DNA from: a virus
Taxonomy: Duplodnaviria > Caudoviricetes
Length of the DNA: 64,000 nt
IMG/VR virus record: IMGVR_UViG_3300018481_000021
Span: 1,331-65,330 of that record
Direction: 5' to 3' (one strand)
The notes below the pieces were generated by a model. It was not told the DNA's origin, ran no database searches, and saw only the letters and a list, made by a program, of their open reading frames with translations. Shown here piece after piece: positions 59,235 to 64,000 of the stretch. A program made the position numbers and the translations under genes. Each line of letters opens with the position of its first letter. The first letter of the stretch is position 1.

Positions 59235-59549
59235 ATGGACAAGACGGTAAACATCTTGATCTGCAAAGGAAAGCTTGCTGCCGGGATAAACGCCGGCATG
59301 CGACATCAGGTCATGCTAGACGGTAATCCATTGGGCATGCCAAAACGTGAACCATTCTATGGGAGTGCTCGCCATCTACTGGGTTTAGGCTACGACCCAA
59401 CCTGGACGTTAGAAGCGTCATGGTGGGATAAACCAGAAGTTGTGGCTATGTCCATGCCGTTGGGCGAAGCGGCGAAGTGGACTATCAAAGAAAGGGCGCA
59501 TGGCGGACTTAAGCGCGAGCTATGGCAACCCTGGCCGGGTCAGAAATAG
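59235..59549 (+). CDS. hypothetical protein
   Basis: EPFYGSARHLL..GYDP motif; RBS. Confidence 0.55.
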   Translation: MDKTVNILICKGKLAAGINAGMRHQVMLDGNPLGMPKREPFYGSARHLLGLGYDPTWTLEASWWDKPEVVAMSMPLGEAAKWTIKERAHGGLKRELWQPWPGQK

Positions 59550-59792
59550 CCTGTTCCCCGGCCCTGGTGCGCGGTGCTACCGAGCGGTACAGTGATAAGA
59601 GGTAGTTCCATGCCACTTGATACCTGCGCCCGTTCTTACTGCCACCGGGGCCGACGGAGCTAGGGGGCCAACCCTAGCTCCGTCGTTGAACCGAGGCCGC
59701 TGCAACACACCCTCAGTCCAGCAAGAATCGAAAACCCAACAAAATCAGTATATTACATCCCGATACCCGTGTCAACTATGAACATAAACCTA

Positions 59793-59820
59793 TTGCATGG
59801 AATTTATTCTCTGGTATAAT
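59793..59820 (+). promoter_or_regulatory. promoter with TGGAATTTATTCT core
   Basis: TTGCAT-16-TATAAT with extended TGn. Confidence 0.6.
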
Positions 59821-59830
59821 GGTATAGGAA

Positions 59831-60766
59831 ATGAAGAGTATGCGCTACCCCCTGAACCTTATCCAACAATCAATGTTGGATCACATGAAAGAAACTCCAA
59901 TGCCGATCACTTTCAGCCAACTTCACGCATCGACCAGATGGAAAACTGAAACTGAGTTGTTGAGCGTGTTCAATCCGTTGTTGTTGAGCATGGGCCGTCC
60001 ACCAAATTTGGATGAGCACTATGCAAATGTACTCGAAGAGTACTGGGGCGATAAGTTGAACATGATGATTGAGCATGCAACTGCAATTGCCGAGCTGCAG
60101 CATGATACCGAGGAATGCTGGAGCAGTAGAAATACTAACGCGGTTTTGTATGGAGGCTATTTGGATACACATCGAACAACCAATCTTTATTGGATCGCGA
60201 TGTCGTTGAGCACTGGCAGCGACCTACGCAAAATTGCCGACTGGTTAGGGCTCAGTAACACCGCAGCGTTGCTGCTGCGACCGTCATGCATGAACATGAG
60301 CGGGACCACCAAACGGGCTTTAGTCCACGCTGATTGGTTCTATAATAGGCGCTATGTAGATTGTCCTTCTAATCAGGCACATGATCCAGAATTATGCGAC
60401 TGGATCGATATGACTTTTTCTGCTATCGAGGAATGGTTGGAACTGACTAAGTATATCGAACAAATGCAAAGTTGTACGACATTATTTAGTATGGGTTCGC
60501 GAAATATTAACGTAAATAAACATGAGGCTGCAATCAAGACTCAAGCCATGGAGCTGATACTCAATCATGTTTGCGGTGGTTATCCCGTAAGCGGCTGGGC
60601 CATCTTGACGTTGAACAAAGATACCTGGGCACGACGCCATGACAAAAATAAAACTGATCTATTACGGCGATGGCTGGAGAAGCTGGTGCTGATCAATCGT
60701 AGTTCGTACGAAGAAAAAGAAGCTTTGGGCATGCATCTTACGCATGCTCAACAGTATGCAGCATGA
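59831..60766 (+). CDS. hypothetical protein (true start may be 59885 or 59900)
   Basis: Long ORF after promoter. Confidence 0.6.
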   Translation: MKSMRYPLNLIQQSMLDHMKETPMPITFSQLHASTRWKTETELLSVFNPLLLSMGRPPNLDEHYANVLEEYWGDKLNMMIEHATAIAELQHDTEECWSSRNTNAVLYGGYLDTHRTTNLYWIAMSLSTGSDLRKIADWLGLSNTAALLLRPSCMNMSGTTKRALVHADWFYNRRYVDCPSNQAHDPELCDWIDMTFSAIEEWLELTKYIEQMQSCTTLFSMGSRNINVNKHEAAIKTQAMELILNHVCGGYPVSGWAILTLNKDTWARRHDKNKTDLLRRWLEKLVLINRSSYEEKEALGMHLTHAQQYAA

Positions 60767-61107
60767 GGAGTAAACCAATGTCGATCAGCTCGGAGTACTT
60801 ATTGCGGATACTTGATCGCGCTCGAAAAGAAATCGAAACCCGCAAATACCAAACCAAGTTCATCGCCATGAACCAGCACGGTGAATCATGCTCACCAAAA
60901 CAACGTGGTGCCGCGTTGTCGTTTCACGGTGCAATTATTTGTGCTTGTCGATCGATCCCGGATCGAACCGCCGTATTTGCGTGGCTGAGCGACCATGGCC
61001 TAATCCCGCGTAGTCAGCCGCGCAGCAAGGAAAGTTGTCTGGCGCTATTCAGTGAGGCAATTGCTATTGCTAAGCGCGAGCATGCACAATTGGAGTTGAT
61101 ATTGTGA
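60763..61107 (+). CDS. hypothetical protein
   Basis: Coupled ORF. Confidence 0.55.
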   Translation: MRSKPMSISSEYLLRILDRARKEIETRKYQTKFIAMNQHGESCSPKQRGAALSFHGAIICACRSIPDRTAVFAWLSDHGLIPRSQPRSKESCLALFSEAIAIAKREHAQLELIL

Positions 61108-61742
61108 TGTGGTGGTACTTCGATAATTGGTTCTATAAGCATGGCGAGATGGCGTCGATCCAACAACAGTTGTTGGATAAGAAAGCTCGCATTCCACCAA
61201 TGCTGACGGATAATCATATCTGCGACATTTCCACACGAGGCGTCAACTGGATGATGGCGGCGACACATACTTATCATCGGCAAACAGTATTGTTGCCGTA
61301 TGCCGGGCATCGCTCGGTACGGATGGGGCTACGTAATTTTTGCCATCTGAACTATTGGTTGATTGAGCCGCGTGGTGACAGGTTCGCTGACCTATGTCAA
61401 GACGATACGCAGGAAGAAGATGAAGATATCTACAATATTAATACCATGTGGCATTTAGACCCATTGGATTGGGCGGGCAAGTTCGATCCAGATGGAATGC
61501 AAGTGGACAGCTTATTGATCAATCCGCCACATGGCCGCGCGGCCGAGACCTTGATGGCCTTGCACCCATTCACCAAGGAACGCGGTTGCACTGCCGCTGT
61601 GATCGATGCCAGCGAGCTGCTTTCACCAGAACGTGAAGTGTTTCGCCGCTGGGCTGGCAAAGAAGGGTTCACCTGGGGCCTACTAAAAGACCTTTTCTTT
61701 GCCGCTTATGGCGACGAGCATCCTGTAATCCTGTTCAAGTAG
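61104..61742 (+). CDS. hypothetical protein with methyltransferase-like INPPH motif
   Basis: LLPYAG (motif I-like) and LLINPPHG (motif IV-like). Confidence 0.45.
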   Translation: MMWWYFDNWFYKHGEMASIQQQLLDKKARIPPMLTDNHICDISTRGVNWMMAATHTYHRQTVLLPYAGHRSVRMGLRNFCHLNYWLIEPRGDRFADLCQDDTQEEDEDIYNINTMWHLDPLDWAGKFDPDGMQVDSLLINPPHGRAAETLMALHPFTKERGCTAAVIDASELLSPEREVFRRWAGKEGFTWGLLKDLFFAAYGDEHPVILFK

Positions 61743-61751
61743 GAGAGTGAT

Positions 61752-62108
61752 ATGCGTAAGATCGTTCTTGTGATGCTGCTAGTTACCACAACTCCCGCCC
61801 ATGCGGGCAACTTCGAAGGCGGTTGGGGCGCTAAGGCCAATGCCGACCGCGCGATGCGGCCCGGTGGTGACTGGAACAGTTGGTGCTGCGCCAGCGCCCC
61901 GGAAACAACCTATAGCAGCCCCGATGGCAACTTCGCCGTCGCGGCGAAGCGGGCTTGGGGCAATGTGACTGGTTGGTTCGGCAAGGGCAGAACTAATCTC
62001 GGTGAACCGGACTATTCCGCGCCGTCATATGGGATCGGCTACGGTAGTGGTGGAGGCTCCGGCGGCACTGCCACTGATGGCGGTTCCGGCGGCACGGCGG
62101 GGAGCTGA
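61752..62108 (+). CDS. secreted Gly-rich small protein
   Basis: AGGAG RBS; signal peptide ending PAHA. Confidence 0.6.
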   Translation: MRKIVLVMLLVTTTPAHAGNFEGGWGAKANADRAMRPGGDWNSWCCASAPETTYSSPDGNFAVAAKRAWGNVTGWFGKGRTNLGEPDYSAPSYGIGYGSGGGSGGTATDGGSGGTAGS

Positions 62109-62350
62109 TGATGGTGAATCTAGTTGCACGTCACGTTGCGGCGGCTTTCATCGTAGCGTGGGGCGTGGCGATAGCGGCAATGATAGTCTCACTAGGGCTT
62201 GGCACTACCGAGTTTGGATGGACACCGGAAATGCGGGCGCGTGTCCAAGTCATCGCCGAAATGCTGATGTGGATCGGCGTAGCGATTTCAGTCATACACA
62301 CGACGTTGGATATCCTTATCTGGCTCGCCGACAAGGGAAAAGACCAATGA
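62108..62350 (+). CDS. two-TM membrane protein
   Basis: Hydrophobic helices; coupled. Confidence 0.55.
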   Translation: MMVNLVARHVAAAFIVAWGVAIAAMIVSLGLGTTEFGWTPEMRARVQVIAEMLMWIGVAISVIHTTLDILIWLADKGKDQ

Positions 62351-62721
62351 CGGTTGAACGTATGGCTGAAGCTATCTTGGAACTAACCGGAAACATGGCT
62401 GGGCCTCTCGGCTTGGAATTGGAATTGCCACCTAGAGAAGAACTACGACCAAAAATCATCCGTGATCTGCAAGCCAACGACGAAGATGCTTTGTCACTGG
62501 CCGATTTGGTCGAACGTGTCGTCAACGCCTACATGGGCGGGGGCGTCGAGCGTCATGGCCGCGCGTTGATTGAAGCCATAGCCGAGACCAACAAGGCTAA
62601 GCGGCTGTGCATGAACGTGCTGACTGGACCGGGTGCAGGATCATGGGAGTGCATCATTCGCCGTGATCGTACCCAACAAATGCCGGCGATTATCCTGCCG
62701 GGTAGCAAGGAGTGGAATTGA
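62347..62721 (+). CDS. hypothetical protein
   Basis: ATGA overlap, RBS. Confidence 0.55.
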   Translation: MTVERMAEAILELTGNMAGPLGLELELPPREELRPKIIRDLQANDEDALSLADLVERVVNAYMGGGVERHGRALIEAIAETNKAKRLCMNVLTGPGAGSWECIIRRDRTQQMPAIILPGSKEWN

Positions 62722-63047
62722 TGCGTAACTCCTATATACCGGATCATGCTTCAATATGTTACCCCGACCAACCAACAGAACAATTGGGTGAGCCTTATCT
62801 GCTGTATGAGTGGAAGTTTATTTATCAAGTAGCTCAAGGTCGCTGGTGGCTGAGTCAAAGAGTTAGTGTCAGTTTTGCTATTTACGGAGATAATTTACCT
62901 CTATTGTTTGCCGGTTCATGTGTATCCAGTGATGCTGATTTATGTTTTTTACACGTCGATACAATAGGCGAATTGGTGCGGATTTGTCGCCGACAATTCG
63001 TTAAGATCATCCAACAACAATTGTTGGATGCAACCCAGGAGAGTTGA
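62721..63047 (+). CDS. hypothetical protein
   Basis: TGATG overlap, AAGGAG RBS. Confidence 0.5.
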   Translation: MRNSYIPDHASICYPDQPTEQLGEPYLLYEWKFIYQVAQGRWWLSQRVSVSFAIYGDNLPLLFAGSCVSSDADLCFLHVDTIGELVRICRRQFVKIIQQQLLDATQES

Positions 63048-63049
63048 CG

Positions 63050-63310
63050 ATGCCTATTAGCTTCATTCACACACCGAGTGGCGAAACTTTCTACGATGCC
63101 GACCAACTGTACGAATATATCGGGGAGAAGCTGGAGGATGTTGACCAGGAAGCTGCTGAGAAAAGCGTGGAGGATGTCATTAAGTTCCTACAAGCCGTCG
63201 AAGTTCATAAAGTAGAGGAAGAGGAAGAGGAAGAGGAAGAGGAAGAGGAAGAGGAAGAGGAAGAGGAAGAGGAAGAGGAAGAGGAAAAGGAAGACAAGGT
63301 CCCGTTTTAA
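63050..63310 (+). CDS. extremely acidic poly-Glu protein
   Basis: AGGAG RBS; 24 consecutive Glu. Confidence 0.65.
   Translation: MPISFIHTPSGETFYDADQLYEYIGEKLEDVDQEAAEKSVEDVIKFLQAVEVHKVEEEEEEEEEEEEEEEEEEEEEEEEKEDKVPF
63215..63286 (+). repeat. (GAGGAA)x12 microsatellite
   Basis: Direct observation. Confidence 0.95.
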
Positions 63311-63362
63311 GGTTTAACCGGGTGGGGGCCATGGCCCCCACCCAACAACTGGAGTTGAATGA

Positions 63363-63554
63363 ATGCAAATGATCAAAATAGACCCTTGGATAGTAGACAG
63401 ATTTAATCATGTCATTACGCTTTGGTTGGAAATGCGTCGTGACAAAGAAATGGGTAGCCTACTGACTAATGAGGAGCAGCTTACTTACGAGCTTGACCAC
63501 TTACTGACTGTTTACTGGCGTGGCATGCGCGAAGAGTTGAAAAGGAAAACTTAA
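63363..63554 (+). CDS. hypothetical protein
   Basis: GGAG RBS; directly precedes the polymerase gene. Confidence 0.5.
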   Translation: MQMIKIDPWIVDRFNHVITLWLEMRRDKEMGSLLTNEEQLTYELDHLLTVYWRGMREELKRKT

Positions 63555-63556
63555 AG

Positions 63557-64000
63557 ATGACCTTCCTCGCCTTGGACTTTGAAACCTTCTATGACGGCCA
63601 GCGTAGCACGTCGAAGGAAGATAAGTATTCATTGCGTACAATGAATACTGAGGAGTATATCCTGCATCCAAAATTTCAAGCCCATGGCGCAGCCGTAATG
63701 CTCGACGGGGGTGATTGCCAATTCCTGACCCATCGTGAACTAGTTCGTTTTTTTGCTGGTTTAGATTGGTCACGCGTCATTATGGTTGCCCACAACGCTA
63801 TGTTCGACGGCGCAATCCTGGGGTGGAAGTACGGTCATCAAGCTAAGATGTATGCTGACACGCAAGGTATCGCCAATCGTTTCATCCGTCCATACACGGG
63901 CAAGTCAGGGTTGGATGCTTGCGCGGCCTATCTCGGCCTGCCGCTAAAATCCGGTGCGCTCAATGAAGTCAACGGCAAAAGAACTGAAGAGATACTACAA
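63557..64000 (+). CDS. DNA polymerase family A, N-terminal 3'-5' exonuclease domain (partial)
   Basis: Own translation MTFLALDFETFY... (ExoI) and VAHNAMFDG (ExoII); runs off the window end. Confidence 0.88.
   Translation, partial: MTFLALDFETFYDGQRSTSKEDKYSLRTMNTEEYILHPKFQAHGAAVMLDGGDCQFLTHRELVRFFAGLDWSRVIMVAHNAMFDGAILGWKYGHQAKMYADTQGIANRFIRPYTGKSGLDACAAYLGLPLKSGALNEVNGKRTEEILQ

Larger units (their letters stand above)
1346..63029. repeat. Dispersed 21-bp palindrome ATCCAACA-N5-TGTTGGAT (~43 copies genome-wide)
   Basis: Perfect core TCCAACA-N5-TGTTGGA in 21-mers starting at 1346, 3827, 5055, 8421, 10188, 13109, 15186, 17404, 20157, 23527, 25387, 28937, 30253, 35322, 36641, 39020, 41453, 43096, 46294, 48243, 49398, 49720, 51160, 51598, 52799, 53378, 54252, 56050, 57056, 57892, 58847, 59199, 59861, 61158, 63009. 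One mismatch at 2278, 6342, 31528, 44579, 46441. More degenerate at 3527, 12036, 29202. Confidence 0.97.

Noticed and set aside
1346-63029. Palindromes as a CRISPR array
   Set aside because: Copies are 0.15-4 kb apart, often intragenic, with no regular spacers or cas operon. The Cas4-like nuclease is a normal phage replication exonuclease.
1346-63029. Palindromes as rho-independent terminators
   Set aside because: No U-tracts, AT-rich stems, and many lie inside essential ORFs.
1-64000. tRNA/rRNA genes, integrase, transposase, reverse transcriptase
   Set aside because: No cloverleaf, recombinase, DDE or RT motifs recognised by eye. tRNAscan and HMM searches would be needed to exclude them fully.

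Overview
The window is almost a whole ~65 kb podovirus-like dsDNA phage genome, apparently circularly permuted: the DNA polymerase A N-terminus is at 63557-64000 and its probable C-terminus at 3-59. The host is probably an alphaproteobacterium (inference). There are three blocks. 1-8.5 kb (+) holds replication genes: exonuclease, VRR-NUC, SNF2 helicase, SSB-like protein and primase-helicase. 8.4-49.1 kb (-) holds packaging, lysis and virion genes: terminases, several beta-helix tailspike/lyase-like proteins, endolysin, portal, scaffold, capsid, tail tube and a 2061-aa ejection protein. 49.4-64 kb (+) holds early/accessory genes. The main unexplained feature is a genome-wide dispersed 21-bp palindrome, ATCCAACA-N5-TGTTGGAT. 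I count by eye 35 copies with a perfect 14-nt core and about 8 degenerate copies, never more than ~4 kb apart. They sit at gene junctions, just downstream of sigma70-like promoters and inside coding sequences in all frames, which points to a phage-encoded site/protein system; candidate readers are a tandem RHH protein, a wHTH protein and an orphan 433-aa early protein. Other notable items are a perfect 40-bp AT-rich palindrome, an Acb2/Tad1-like sponge candidate, an HTH-truncated antitoxin homolog, a secreted phosphatase moron, an RTX-repeat protein and a poly-Glu protein. All family calls come from motif recognition, not database searches.
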